Shown piece by piece: positions 12,503 through 24,040 of a stretch of 64,000 bases of DNA. Positions within the stretch are counted from its first letter, which is position 1; each line of letters begins with the position of its first letter. Under the pieces are notes generated by a model. It saw only the letters and a program-made list of their open reading frames with translations, did no database searches and had not been told where the DNA came from. The DNA is from Isurus oxyrinchus (Eukaryota): contig JANJGN010000026.1 in the NCBI GenBank assembly GCA_026770705.1, forward strand, positions 37,758,001 to 37,822,000, read 5' to 3'. Both the position numbers and the translations under genes were made by a program.

Positions 12503-14282
12503 AGTCGCAAGATATGTACTTAAAGGTTCAGATGCCGCTATTAGAATGATCATTGTTCTCTACGAGTTTTACTTTTCCAAAATAAAGGGTGAGGCATTGA
12601 TTTGGATATATGGAAACAGTCTGATCCCACCCACTGCAGACACATCCATGTCACCTGGAACCAGCTCTCCTACAGTCTCCCTTCGATCCGTTTGGTGCCT
12701 TGTCTGTCACCAAGTGCTCTGATTGTCCCGAAACCAATATTCGGCTTGAATTGCTGATGTGCAGTGAGGAGAATCCTTTCCAAGTCTCAGATCAGTTAAT
12801 TTCAATGATAACATCAGAGTCAATGTTCCAGTACCTTAAAGAAGGGAACGGTACCTTGAACGGTCAGTCGGACAGTTCACCCTTCGTTCTCCTCTGATCC
12901 CGGTTCCCAAAGAATTTCGAAAGCTTCGCAAAGCTGGAGACTGGGTTTTTTGCTTTGGTTCCTTTTCCATCTTCCTAACTGCTAGCTGGCAATATTTTCT
13001 AAAATCTCATTGCAAATTTTCACCTTGCATCATGTCCATAGATGAGGAAATTCAGCTTTGTGGAGAGATTATAGAGGCCGCGATTGTTCTCTTTAGAACA
13101 AAGGAGGTTAAACAGAGATTTCATGGAGCTTATGAAAGTTATGGAACAATATTGAAAGAGTTGCAGGAGTTTCTGCAGTGCCCATGCACACTGTGTGATC
13201 ATCAACAAAATTTCCCTGACCCAATGACATCAAGAGTTGGTCTTTAGATTCCGATATAGTTTTTGAACCATAAATGTATTTATGCAGCTGATTTCATACC
13301 AAACTTTCCAAAGAGATTGATTCAGATCAAGCATGTCCTCGTTTTTCTCAGTTGCCTTATACAATCTAATTCCTCTTGCTGTACAACCTGTTACAGAGAC
13401 TGTTATAGAAAAGAGGGAAAGGTTTGCTGCAGCTATACAAAGCCCTGGTTAGGTCACACCTGGAGGACTGTGTATAGTTCTGGGAACGGCATCTGATAAA
13501 GGATCAATATTTGCCTTGAAAGTTTCTGAGGAGCCACACTGATTCTGTTGGTGGGTTTGGAAATTGAACGTTGTACATCCGCAGCTTGTGGCACTATTTC
13601 CCCTCACTGTTCACTTCATGTTCATGTTGAACACACTCGATGCAGTTATTGGCTGAACAAGTCTTCTATGTTTTAACTAAACAGGCTGTTATTTGGCGCT
13701 CCCGCTCCTGCCGCCCTGGTTTGGCCCTCATCAGGGAATGTTGTTTCCTTGTTGCTGTGTGAACTGTCACAATGAACTGATCCTGGAATCTCTTTCCCCC
13801 GGGATCTACAAAACCCGTCACGTCTCTTCTTTCATTCTCACTCTTTCATTCCCAGTTTGAGTCGGTTCTCCTTTCGGGCCCTTCAACAAATCCATTTGGA
13901 CAGACAAGTGGCAGCTGAAATTTAATGTCTGGAAGTGTGAAGTGATTCATTTTGGTCAGAGAGGAGAGGAAACTGAAAATAATAGTTACAGTTTTAAAGG
14001 GGCTTCTATGTTGCACAACGAGTGGTTCGGATCAGGAATGTATCAAAGCGGTTCGGTTCCATGAGGGGATGGGCCCATTTTTACCATCGCAAACTTCACT
14101 CACATTAGTTGTGTAGCTTTACATTAAAAAGGGTCAGAAAGAAAAAGCAGGTTGGAAAGATGCAAGAGGAGAATGTTTCTTTCTGTATGTTTTTTCAGTG
14201 GAGACCGTTCAGTTACTGAATGTTACAACGTGGAGAGTGATTGAAAATTTCAGTCATGGCAAGGACAATTTTTGACACTAGC

Positions 14283-14364
14283 GGTTGCGTGGCCGAGTGG
14301 TCCAAGATGCTGGAGTTAGGTTCTACTTTTTGTGGAAGCGTGGGTTCAAATCTCTCCATTGTCA
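14283..14364 (+). pseudogene. tRNA-Leu(TAG) pseudogene
   Basis: ggttgcgtggccgagtggtccaagatgctggagtTAGgttc...gcgtgggttcaaatc aligns to tRNA-Leu with a variable arm; many stem mismatches. Confidence 0.75.
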
Positions 14365-14414
14365 GAGTTTCAGACGGTTCATATTTTCAATCAATTTTGC
14401 CAAACCCTTCAGTT

Positions 14415-14790
14415 ATAGAGTCATAGAGGCCTATAGCACAGAAAAAGGCCCTTCGGCCCATCGAGTCTGTGCCCGTCAAACAAGTGCCTAAATATTCTAA
14501 TCCCATTTTCCAGCACTAGGCCCATAGCCTTGTATACCATGGCATCGCAAGTGCACATACAAATACTTCTTTAACGTTTTGAGGGTTTCTGGCTCTACCA
14601 CTCTTTCAGGCAGTGTGTTCCAGATTCCCACCACCCTCTGGGTGAAAAAATTCTTCCTTGCATCCCCTCTAAACCTTTTGCCCCTTGTCTTAAATCTACG
14701 CCCCCTGGTTATTGATCCCTCCACTAAGGGGAAAAGCTCCTTCCTGTCTACCCTACCTATACCTCATATAATTTTATGCACCTCAATCAC
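14415..14790 (-). mobile_element. CR1-like LINE 3' end
   Basis: RGKRFRGDARKNFFTQRVVGIWNTLPERVV motif. Confidence 0.85.
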
Positions 14791-14947
14791 ATGTGTGTTC
14801 CTGTGCACGTTCAGTGTACAGTGCTCCATTCTGGAGGAAAGATCGAGGAGAGACAGCAGAAATTGCAGGGCAGCCAGGAATAGATGGGGCTACATGTCTT
14901 CATTCTCAGCTGTAACCACTCTGTCGCTTTATGTACAAAGCATTAAA

Positions 14948-15030
14948 AGGTAGATGGCAGCAAGTTGCTTATGTAATGGGCTTGAAACCATTTTATGTTC
15001 CCTGATACAAGTTCAAATCCTACATATTGA
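14948..15030 (+). pseudogene. Highly decayed tRNA-Ser(TGA)-like relic
   Basis: gatggc...aatgggctTGAaaccatt...ttccc...caagttcaaatccta is colinear with tRNA-Ser-TGA. Confidence 0.4.
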
Positions 15031-15434
15031 ACCTGCAAACTACATTTAGTAGTTTACATTTCTCACTGTTCCTGCTTTAAGAATGAGTTACAGAATTAAT
15101 TATCTATTAAAAAAATATTTCAAATGCTTCCCAGTATTTTTCATTTCTGTTCATCCGCAGGCATTCACCAAATTTGCAGTTGGAAATGGAACAAAAACGG
15201 AGCCAATCTGGTGACATCCTTGCTTTCTGGACATTTTTCTTTCCTTAGACAGCTGTCACTATCGGTGTGTGTGTGTGTGTGTGTTCCTCTGCGTGTGTCA
15301 ATGTGCTTTAGTTCCCTGAGAGGGATAAACGCATTTTTACCATCGGAAACTTTATTCACTTTAGTTATGTGTCTTCATGGTAAATGGTACAGAGAATAAT
15401 AGTAGTTTTAAAAGTTGCAAGAGGACCTTTGCTG

Positions 15435-15506
15435 TGTTGGGGCAACCCAGTGGTTAAAACAGTGGATTTACCAAATCGGGTGCTGAGTTCGACCCTCGCT
15501 GGTGCA
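15435..15506 (+). pseudogene. tRNA-like relic (isotype uncertain)
   Basis: A-box-like cagtggttaa and B-box gagttcgaccctc at tRNA-like spacing. Confidence 0.3.
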
Positions 15507-15519
15507 TGTAGACAAAAAT

Positions 15520-16300
15520 TAGTTGATGAAAATGATGCAAATGTAAGCTGTGAGGAGTATATCGGCTGTGAAGAGATTTAGACATGTCAGGGTAACAGGG
15601 ATGGAACATGAGAGAATAATTTCCACATGTGCATAGCTATTCAGGAGGTCTGAAAAAATTTGATAAATAAGTGGAACTATTTAGGCACAACAAGTAATTA
15701 GGAAAGCTGATTGAACGTTATCATTCACTGTGAGGGGAATTGAAGTAAGGAGGTTATAGTTCAGTTGTACAGGACACCGGTGTGACCATATCTGGAGTAC
15801 TGTGGAGAGTGTTGGCCTCCTTATTTAAGGAAAGATGTAAATGCATTAGAAGTCATTCAGGGAAGGCTTACTGGACTAATATCAAGGATAGGCGGGCTGT
15901 CTCATGAGGAAAGGGTGGACCGGCTAGGCCTGTATCTGCTGGAATTTAGAAAGCTAAGAGGTGACTTGATCGAAATCTTTCAGATCCTTAGGGGTTTTGA
16001 CAGGGTGGGTGTGAAGAGGATCTTTCCTCTTGTGGGAGAATCTGGAAATAGGTGTCACTGTTTAAAAATTGGGGTTCGCTCATTTAAGACAGAGATGAGA
16101 GAATTCTTTTTCTCTCAGAGTGTCGTAAGTGGAAGCAGAGTCTTTGAATCTTTTTAAGGCAGAGATAGGTATATTTAACAAGAGGCTGAAAGATTCATGG
16201 GGATTGGTCGGAAGTTAGAAACAGATCAGCCATGATCTTATTAAATGGCGGAACAGGCTTGAAGGGCCGAGTGGCCTAATCCTGCTCCTAATTCGTATGT
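15520..16300 (+). mobile_element. CR1/HER1-like LINE 3' portion
   Basis: DRLGLYLLEFRKLRGDLIEIFQIL motif and tail gatcagccatgatcttattaaatggcgg...cctaattcgtatg. Confidence 0.85.
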
Positions 16301-16479
16301 TCACATGCCCTTTGAGTACAGACTGCTTACCGATTCAGTACCCGAATGCCACAAAGTCAAGGATGATTGAAATTTTCACTGAGCAACATGTAAACAGACA
16401 ACGGATTCACTCGGTGCGATGGTGTGTTCCACTTCTATATGTGCAATCACAGAATCAATTTCTATTTGAGAGTCTATTC

Positions 16480-16570
16480 AAAGAGTCATCCGGACTCGAA
16501 ACGTCAACTGTGTTCCTCTCCGCAGATGCTGTCAGACCCGCTGAGTTTTTCCAGCTATTTTTGTTTCTGT
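16480..16570 (+). mobile_element. Penelope pLTR fragment
   Basis: aagagtcatccggactcgaaacgtcaactg...cagatgctgtcagacccgctgagtttttccagc. Confidence 0.65.
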
Positions 16571-16798
16571 ATCAATTTATATTTGTTGCTTTGAACCCAA
16601 CGAGTTGGATGTTATGCACATGTTTGCTCTAATTTATCTAATTTTCTTTGAAATAAAAATTCATATAACTATTTGCCTGGGAACTTACTGGATAACAGCA
16701 GGGCTGGAAAAGTTAGGGCAACATTTCCTTGTAACCAAAGGACTAAAAGCAGAACTGTGTCTGTAATATAAGTAGAAGCAGGAATAGAGAGAATCTAC

Positions 16799-16870
16799 TG
16801 GCCCTAGATGGTGTCAAACCACCAATGTTCTGGTTGACAGCTGAATTCTCTAAACAGGATGATTCACAAG
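16799..16870 (-). pseudogene. Decayed tRNA-Asn-like relic
   Basis: Minus strand ttcagctgtcaaccagaacattggtggtttgacaccatctagggcc vs tRNA-Asn TTCGGCTGTTAACCGAAAGGTTGGTGGTTCGAGCCCACCCAGGGAC. Confidence 0.5.
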
Positions 16871-16871
16871 C

Positions 16872-16936
16872 ACCCTGGTGACCTGGTGGTTAGGATTCGG
16901 TGCTTTCATCGCCCAGGTTTGATTCCCGGTCTCGCT
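16872..16936 (+). pseudogene. tRNA-Glu(TTC) pseudogene with internal deletion
   Basis: ccctggtgacctggtggttaggattcggtgctTTCatcgcccaggtttgattcccggt matches tRNA-Glu. Confidence 0.75.
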
Positions 16937-16989
16937 GTTGGGCAAAATATCACAACCAGAAACCAATTTCTGATCCAAAAAACACTATC

Positions 16990-17870
16990 ACCCCCAACAT
17001 CTCATCCCCTTCCCACGGCACCTTCCAATGCAATTGCAGGAGGTGTAACACCTGTCCCTTTACTTCCTCCCACCTCCCTCCAAGATCCCAAACTCTCCTT
17101 CCAGATGAAGCAGAGATTTATTTGCACTTCATGCAATTCAGGCTGCTGCATTCACTGCCCTCAAGGTGGTCTCCTCTACACTGGGGAGAGTAAACACAGA
17201 CTGACTGTCCGCTTTGTGGAACACTTTCACTCAGTCCACAAGCATAACCCAGACCTGCCCGTCACCATCTGGCTCACACTCACATTTCTGTCCTCGGCTT
17301 TCTACAATGTTCCAGTGAAGCTCAATGCAAACTGGAGGAACAGCACCTCATCTTCTCAATAGGCACTCTACAGCCTTCTGGACTCAACATTGAGGTCAAC
17401 AGATTCACACTATGAACTCCATCCTCCATTTTAATTTCCCTGCAGCCTCCCAACCCCCAAGTGCCAGTTTGCATCTTGTTCTCATGTTTTGCTTTCAGAC
17501 AGCACCGACCCTTTTTCTGCTATTAACACATTCTGCTATTTTGCTTCCAGTCAGTGCTGACCTTTGTCTAAATATTAACACCTGCTTTCATAATTAATAA
17601 TATCATTCCCTTTGCCTTTGACTTGTGTTCCATGATATCTTTGTCATTTAATCTCTCCTGACCTCCAACCTATCCCTGAACATTTTTGCTCCATTTTCTA
17701 AACCGCCCCCCCCCACCCCCACCCGCCCCGTCAGCAGCATAAAATCCATCACATTTCTATCTCCCTTCAGTTCTGAAGAAGAGCCATATGGCCTGAAAAC
17801 ATTCAACCTGTTTCTGTCTCCACAGATGCTGCCAGACCTGCTGGGAACTTCAGCACCCCTGTTTTTATTA
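16990..17870 (+). mobile_element. Penelope-like element, 3' part (GIY-YIG endonuclease + pLTR)
   Basis: FQMKQRFICTSCNSGCCIHCPQGGLLYTGESKHRLTVRFVEH is a degenerate PLE GIY-YIG domain; ends in the pLTR motif. Confidence 0.8.
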
Positions 17871-18306
17871 GAGCACAAATTCCTGGCTTTATTATAATAT
17901 AAAATGCATAGCAAGTCGGCCAAAATCTGTGGAACGAGGAGCAGAGTTAAAGTTCCACGTGGGTATTAAATAGAACTGGAAATGACTGAGGTGGAGGTTA
18001 GGAGTTAGAAGATGTAACATAAAAGTGGAAAACTTTTATGTCGGTCAATTACTTACAGTGATGAATGTCTGTCGTGTGTTGCCTTGCAAGTTGCACAGGA
18101 GCCGCAGCGATTAGATTGGTGGGTTTTGAAAATTGAATTTTGCAATTCACCGCTTTTGGCACTATTTCACCACACTGTCAATTTCATGTTCCAGCCAATG
18201 GCAATGGTTGTTTAGTTGCCTGAATAGGCCATTTTGTCTCTGGATAAAGCAGTCTGAAATGAAAATAAAAGGCAAAAGTATCATTTATCAAAACACAAGG
18301 ATAATG

Positions 18307-18378
18307 TCCCTGGTGACCATGTGGTTAGAATTCAGCCCTTTCAACGCTGCGGCCTGGATTACATTTCTGGTTTGGGAA
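18307..18378 (+). pseudogene. tRNA-Glu(TTC) pseudogene
   Basis: tccctggtgaccatgtggttagaattcagccctTTCaacgctgcggcctggattacatttctggtttgggaa; full length but mutated T-loop. Confidence 0.7.
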
Positions 18379-18502
18379 TGAGGGTTCTTTGCTCATGTCA
18401 CACTGCTTAAACAGAGAGTTCTTTTTATTGGTTTAAAACTGAAAATGCATAACAGCCTCTGCCAGAATCAGTGGAGTGAGAGTTGAAGCTTCCCATCAGA
18501 GC

Positions 18503-18950
18503 TGGTATCAGAGGGAATGGAGCAGGAAGGGAGGATCCCTGGGGCAAAGTTCAGCGAGTTCAGGAGGATGGTATCAGAGGGAATGGAGCCGGGAGAGAGG
18601 ATCCCTGGGGTGATGTTCGGTGAGTTCAGGAGGATGGTATCAGAGGGAATGGAGCAGGGAGAGAGGATCCCTGGGGTGATGTTCAGTGAGTTCAGGAGGA
18701 TGGTATCAGAGGGAATGGAGCTGGGAGAGAGGACCCCTGGGGCGATGTTCAGGAGGATGGTATCAGAGAGAATGAAGCCGGGAGAGAGGATCCCTGGGGC
18801 GATGTTCAGTGAGTTCAGGAGGATGGTATCAGAGGGAATGGAGCAGGGAGAGAGGATCCCTGGGGTGATGCTCAGTGAGTCCAGGAGAATGGTGTCAGAT
18901 GGAATGGAACAGGAAGAGAGGATCCCTGGGGCGATGCTTCGTGAGTTCAT
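18503..18950. repeat. 66-bp minisatellite, ~7 copies
   Basis: Unit atggagcagggagagaggatccctggggtgatgttcagtgagttcaggaggatggtatcagaggga; unit starts at 18517 and 18583; one copy lacks 9 bp. Confidence 0.95.
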
Positions 18951-19239
18951 TTGTTTGTTGCGTAGGGCAGGCCGCAGGGCCTGGGAATTTCCACGATTTG
19001 TGCTCCCTGGTGTCCCTGATAAGCCCCAAACTGTAGTAATAATTTTGCAGAATTACTCTTCGATAATGTTTCTGTGTCAGATCGGCCCTAGTCTCTAGGA
19101 ATCATCCAATGGTTTGTATCAACTGTACCGTCTGTAGTATATATGTATTTTTTTGTTATTCGTTTATGCAATGCGGGTGTGGCTGTCTGGGCCAGCATTT
19201 ATTGCCCATCCCTAATAGACTTGAGAAGGCGGCCTGTGA

Positions 19240-19605
19240 CGTTCTGCCTTGTGAGTATTTAATCGGACAAGGTAGAGAGAGTCCAGGCGAATGCTCTCGG
19301 GGCGGGGGTTCAAATCCCAACATGGCAGCTGCTGGAATGTGAGTTCAATTAATAAAATCTGGGATTGAAAACTGGCCTCAGTGATGGTGACCATGACAAC
19401 TATCACCGATTGTCGTAAAAACCCATCTGCTGCACTCAAGTCCTTTCGGGGAGGAAATCTGTCATCTTCATCTGGCCTGGCCGACATGTGATTCCAGGTC
19501 CACAGCAATGCGGTTGACAGTTAACTACCCTCTGAAATGGCCTCGGAAGGCGGACTGTTCAGAGCAGCCTTGCCAGCGACACCCATATCTCATGAAAGGA
19601 TAAAG
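19240..19605 (+). mobile_element. SacSINE1-like SINE
   Basis: gggttcaaatcccaacatggcagctg...gtcgtaaaaacccatctg...ctggcctggccgacatgtga; same family as 3010-3335. Confidence 0.7.
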
Positions 19606-19917
19606 AGGGAAAAACAAAACTTTTTCTCTCTATCTAAACCCTGCTGCACCGACGCTGGGAGTGATTAATGGGACAGTGTAAAGGAAACTTTCATCCTCCC
19701 TATACTGTCCTGTATGGGCCTCTGATGAACAGCCCCTGCTGTTTACAATTACCTGACATGTGACTGTGACAGGCCTGAGTATGAGTGAAATCACCAAGAT
19801 TCTCCTCGCTGTGCAATCATTCTGCCTCTGGAATTTGCCATAAAAAGGCAGAGGTAAAGGTGTATTAACACCGATGGGTCGCTGGGTGGCGCGATGACTC
19901 TTTCACTGAAGGATCTC

Positions 19918-20028
19918 GGGCTCTGAAGAAGTCATGAGGACTCGAAACGTAAACTCAGTTTTTTGTCTCCACAGATGCTGTGAGACCTGCTGAGTTTTTC
20001 CAACATTTTCTGTTTTTGTTTCAGATCC
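19918..20028 (+). mobile_element. Penelope pLTR fragment with hammerhead-like motif
   Basis: ctgaagaagtcatgaggactcgaaacgtaaactc...cagatgctgtgagacctgctgagtttttcc. Confidence 0.65.
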
Positions 20029-20177
20029 CAGACAAGTCTGGTTAAAAATGCCTGCCTGGGAAAGGGGGCGGGGGGGGGGGGGGGGGGGGGGCGGGAAACA
20101 CTGTAATAGGGAAAATGGAGCGATGTCGATGGGTCTGAGAGAAAGTTCAGCAAAGTCAGTTCGTTTCACATTCATGA

Positions 20178-20219
20178 TTTATTAACAATTTCAGGGAACA
20201 TTTTACAGAAAAGTTTATT
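20178..20219 (-). terminator. Candidate poly(A) signals for membrane IgM mRNA
   Basis: AATAAA on minus at 20214-20219 and 20178-20183, ~420 nt after the TM2 stop. Confidence 0.55.
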
Positions 20220-20634
20220 TTAAAGTTAACTGAAGTGAATATAATCACTGAGAGTCACATTGAGAACAGAGCACATTCGCTCTGAGCTGCCAACTTTGTG
20301 TACAACTGTAACAGACACCAGAAAGAGAAAACAGGAGCTCAATATCAAGGGAAGGGATTAATTGTGAATGAGGAATGAGAAAAGTTACTTATTTACACAG
20401 GGAATTCAAACTACTAGGAAATTATTAGCTGCTGTTGCAATGAATCATAATTATCTCGCACATTTGAAACAGAGAAACGGAAATACTGTTCATAATTGTC
20501 TCAGTTACAAATTCGGAAACATAAACTGAAGGTATTTCATCTTTACAGTCACCGAGAGGATATATTTTAAATTCGGAATACAGAGGTCTCAATAAAGAGC
20601 TGAGGAAAATCTACGGTGTCCAAAATTCAATCGG

Positions 20635-20643
20635 TCACTTGAT
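20635..20643 (-). CDS. IGHM: IgM TM2 exon (IK-stop)
   Basis: tttacag|ATC AAG TGA, phase 0 after TM1; gives cytoplasmic tail KIK. Confidence 0.85.
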   Translation of the reverse strand: MK

Positions 20644-20781
20644 CTGTAAAAGAGGATGAAATAATGAAGCAGATGTTTATAATCTGGGACATTTATGTTA
20701 GAGTTCTAATCAATGAAACATTGAGAGATTTTTCAAACCGCTTCTGTCAGTTTGAAGTGTGAGTGGATTGAATCTTCTCAC

Positions 20782-20909
20782 CTTTGCCAGAGTGACGGCA
20801 GTGCTGTAGAAAATGCTCAGGAAGAATAGGATGATGAATGTGGAAGCGGTTGTCCAGATGTTGCCGTTATCATCCTCAGAGTCTTCAATCCAGATGCGGT
20901 CTGTGGAAT
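20782..20909 (-). CDS. IGHM: IgM TM1 exon
   Basis: ag|(G)AT...AAG|gtgag; DSTDRIWIEDSEDDNGNIWTTASTFIILFFLSIFYSTAVTLAK with the antigen-receptor TM motif (F..LF.LS..YS..VT). Not in the ORF track (too short). Confidence 0.95.
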
Positions 20910-21449
20910 CTACGGGGATAAAGCCGAGGAAATATAATTAGGTTGTTTATTAATCTAGGGTATCATTTAAAAAAATTCCTTTACTCTTTCATAAGTTATT
21001 AATGTATTCAATGTTCAAGGTATATCTACTATTAAGGGACACTCAGTAACCCATCTCTGTAACTATCTCTACAGCTATTCTCCCTTTACAATCTTTGTAC
21101 AGTCCATGTCGGAAAAAATTGCAAATTTTCTCCAGTATCAGGTTATTTTCGAACAATTTCGTATGATCTATTATTGGAGAATATTATGATGGGTATCGGG
21201 AAAGATTCACTGAGCTACTTATTTGGAAACTGTGAACGTTGCTTTTTAAAAGCTCGGATGTGAGTTCCCATCTTGATTGTCTATTTGTGATATGGGAATG
21301 TTTGGTGCATCATTAATTTAAATCAGTTTCTCAGTAAGAGCATTGTTTCAGTGTGTTTATTGGGTTATTATGTAATAGAGACAATTGCCAGAGGATATGC
21401 CCATTAAAAAAGTACATTTGAATTATACTTTATTCAATAGCCTGGCCTC

Positions 21450-22460
21450 TGTGTTGTGCTTTAGCTTTTGTGTGTGTCTGCATGAGTATCTCGCACTTTG
21501 CATTACTGGTTGATTGTGTGTCCATCGGTGTTAATGTGTGTGTTCATGTGCCAATGAGTGCTGATTTGTGTATTTTTGTGTCTGCATCTGTACGTATATT
21601 TGGTTTTTCTGCCAATGTGTATGTATGAGTGTGTTATTGCGTGTGTTTGTGTAATGATGTCTATGTTGACTTATTACTGTCTGTGTTAATGTGTGTTTAC
21701 GCATTCCTGCCTGCTAATGTGAGTGTTAATGTTTCTTTTTGTGTTCCACTGTGTGTCAGCATTTTAAAGTCTGTGTCACAGGGTCTGTGTGTGTGTATGT
21801 GTGCGTGTGTGTGTGTGTGTATGACACAGCGAGAGAGAGATAAAGTTTTTAATGTGTGCATTTGTGTGTTGATTGATATTTAGAACTATGTATCAATGCG
21901 TGTTTATGTTTTCATATGTACCAACGTGTGTTTTTTGTGTTCTACTGTGTATGAGTATGTTCATGTTTGTGTCCACATGGGTGTCTGTGAATGTGTTAGT
22001 CGGTTCCTCTGTGTTTTTGTATCTGGGTGTCGTCTGCTCATGTGTGTGCATGTGTTAATGTATGTCCATGCATTGTTTTAATGTGTACGATAGTGTGTGT
22101 CTTTCTGTCTGTATTTCTGTCATTGTGAACATGTGATAATGCATATGCGAAAAGTTACATTTGTGCTTTGTATCCTTGTATGAGTCTGCTTGTCTGGTTT
22201 TATCTGTTTGTGTGTGTGTGATTGTGTATATATGTGTGAGCGAGTGTGTCTGTGTGTGTATTCCTGTATGTGTGTGTATTTGTGAATGTGTGTGTTTGTG
22301 CGTGTGTATTTGTCTATGTGTTTCTGCCTGTGTTTGTGTGGGTGCGCATGTGTGGGTGTACATGTGTCTGCTTGTACCTGTGTGTGTTTGTGTCTGTGTG
22401 TCTGTGCCTATGTGTGTGTGTGTACGCATGTTTGTGTCTGTCAATTTGTATCAGTTGTGT
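21450..22460. repeat. Degenerate (TG)n-rich tract
   Basis: Direct observation; source of the spurious Cys/Val and His/Thr ORFs. Confidence 0.9.
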
Positions 22461-23019
22461 GTATTTTTACTATTTTTCCAAATTTCACCAGGTACCAATG
22501 ATCGAGTCTGAACTTGATGGTGAAAAATTTGGTGAATATTTTCAATGTTCTGTGTATAAACATGTTTTCTGTGAGATGCAAGGTGATATCAGATGAACGA
22601 ATGCAAACAATCAACCATGTGCCTAATAAAAATTCAGGGACAGAACCTTGAACAACCCAAGGAGGATTCAATCACCAATTTAGATTTGGATGATGGGAAA
22701 TCAATCTTAGCATAAGCTTAACAGGGACAAGAGTGTTAAAACATCTTCAAGTTATGTTGCACAAATAGATGTTTTTACAACATCCAAAGCATGATGGGAG
22801 TTTAAAATCTGTGGCCAGTAAGCTAGAAGCTGACTTCGACTGTTGGTAACTGAGTCTTTATAATAGAGACCCATTCTCTTCCAGATTCTCTGCTTGGGGC
22901 CTGAGTGTCCTGTGAGTTAATAGTTTTGCTCTGTCTGGTTGTCTAAGCAATTTCCCTTTCGGTTCTCTCTGCTGAGAAGGTGGAGACACACCGGGTTAAC
23001 CGATGAACTTCCTCATCTT

Positions 23020-23600
23020 TTTGTTTAGCAAGTGGAGGTAAAATTGGCTTAAAATTTTCCTTTCAGTTTTCTCTGCCGGGTAAGTGGAGGTACAGTGGGT
23101 TACCAGTTTGCCTTCCCCTCTCTCTGTTGGGAAAGTGGGGGTACAGTGGTTAAATAATTCCCCCCCCCCACCTGTTGTTGTGGAAGTGAAGGTGCAGTGG
23201 TTTAACAATGTCCCCTTCCCCTCTCTCTGTTGGGGAAGTGGGGGTACATTGGGTTAACAATTTCCCCTCCCCTCTCTCTGTTGGAGAAGTCGAGTTACAG
23301 TGCTTTAACAATGTCCCCTTCCCCTCTCTCTGTTGGGGAAGTGGGGGTACATTGGGTTAACAATTTCCCTTCCCCTCTCTCTGTTGGAGAAGTCGGGGTA
23401 CAGTGGGTTAGCAATTTCCACTCCCCCTCTCTCTGTTGGAGAAGTCGGGGTACAGTGGGTTAGCAATTTCCACTCCCCCTCTCTCTGTTGAGGAGGTGGA
23501 GGTACAGTGGGTTAACAATTTCCGCTCCCCCTCTCTCTGTTGGGGAGGTGGAGGTGCAGTGGGGTAACAATTTCCCTTCCCCCTCTCTCTGGTGGGGGAT
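23020..23600. repeat. 51-bp minisatellite, ~11 copies
   Basis: Unit ctctctctgttggggaagtgggggtacagtgggttaacaatttcccctccc; unit starts at 23221 and 23272. Confidence 0.92.
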
Positions 23601-23997
23601 TGTTGGGACATATTTCTGCGTGACCCTCACTTCAGTTCCCAGTGAGTGTGGTGCAGAAGCTTAAAGCTGGCATCCATTTTAAAGGGATGGACGACAAAAG
23701 AGGCAGGAACACCGAGATCTAAATGTGCTGTGTTTGTTTTCTCAGAAATGAGAAATTGTCAGATTTCTCCTCAGCGGGAGGAGAGCTGGTGAAGCTATTT
23801 TGCAGAATTCTGTAATGAATGAACTTTACTCTGTCTCTAACCCAGGGTGTATCTGAGCTGGGAGCACTGGATGTACATGACTTGGGTATGAGCCCTGTGA
23901 GTATCCGATTTTAACAAAACACATCTAAAATGATCAAAAGTGGAAAACAACATTAATTAAATGATTGTGCATTTAAATCACGATTGGAGAAAAGGAC

Positions 23998-24013
23998 TTT
24001 ATTATTTTTTATT
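23998..24013 (-). terminator. Secretory IgM poly(A) signals (two AATAAA)
   Basis: tttatt on + at 23998-24003 and 24008-24013, ~30-40 nt after the tailpiece stop. Confidence 0.8.
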
Positions 24014-24040
24014 GTAGTTTGAAATGGAACCGAGAGATTC

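Noticed and set aside
12640-13040. Exon-like unique sequence on the minus strand
   Set aside because: Stops in the frames I translated and no recognisable protein family.
15535-15542. Perfect octamer ATGCAAAT
   Set aside because: Lies within a CR1 RT remnant, with no promoter context.
3696-18378. Functional tRNA genes
   Set aside because: Every tRNA-like copy has broken stems, indels or a mutated T-loop; reported as pseudogenes.
21629-22596. Cys/Val-rich and His/Thr-rich ORFs
   Set aside because: Translations of (TG)n/(CA)n microsatellite.
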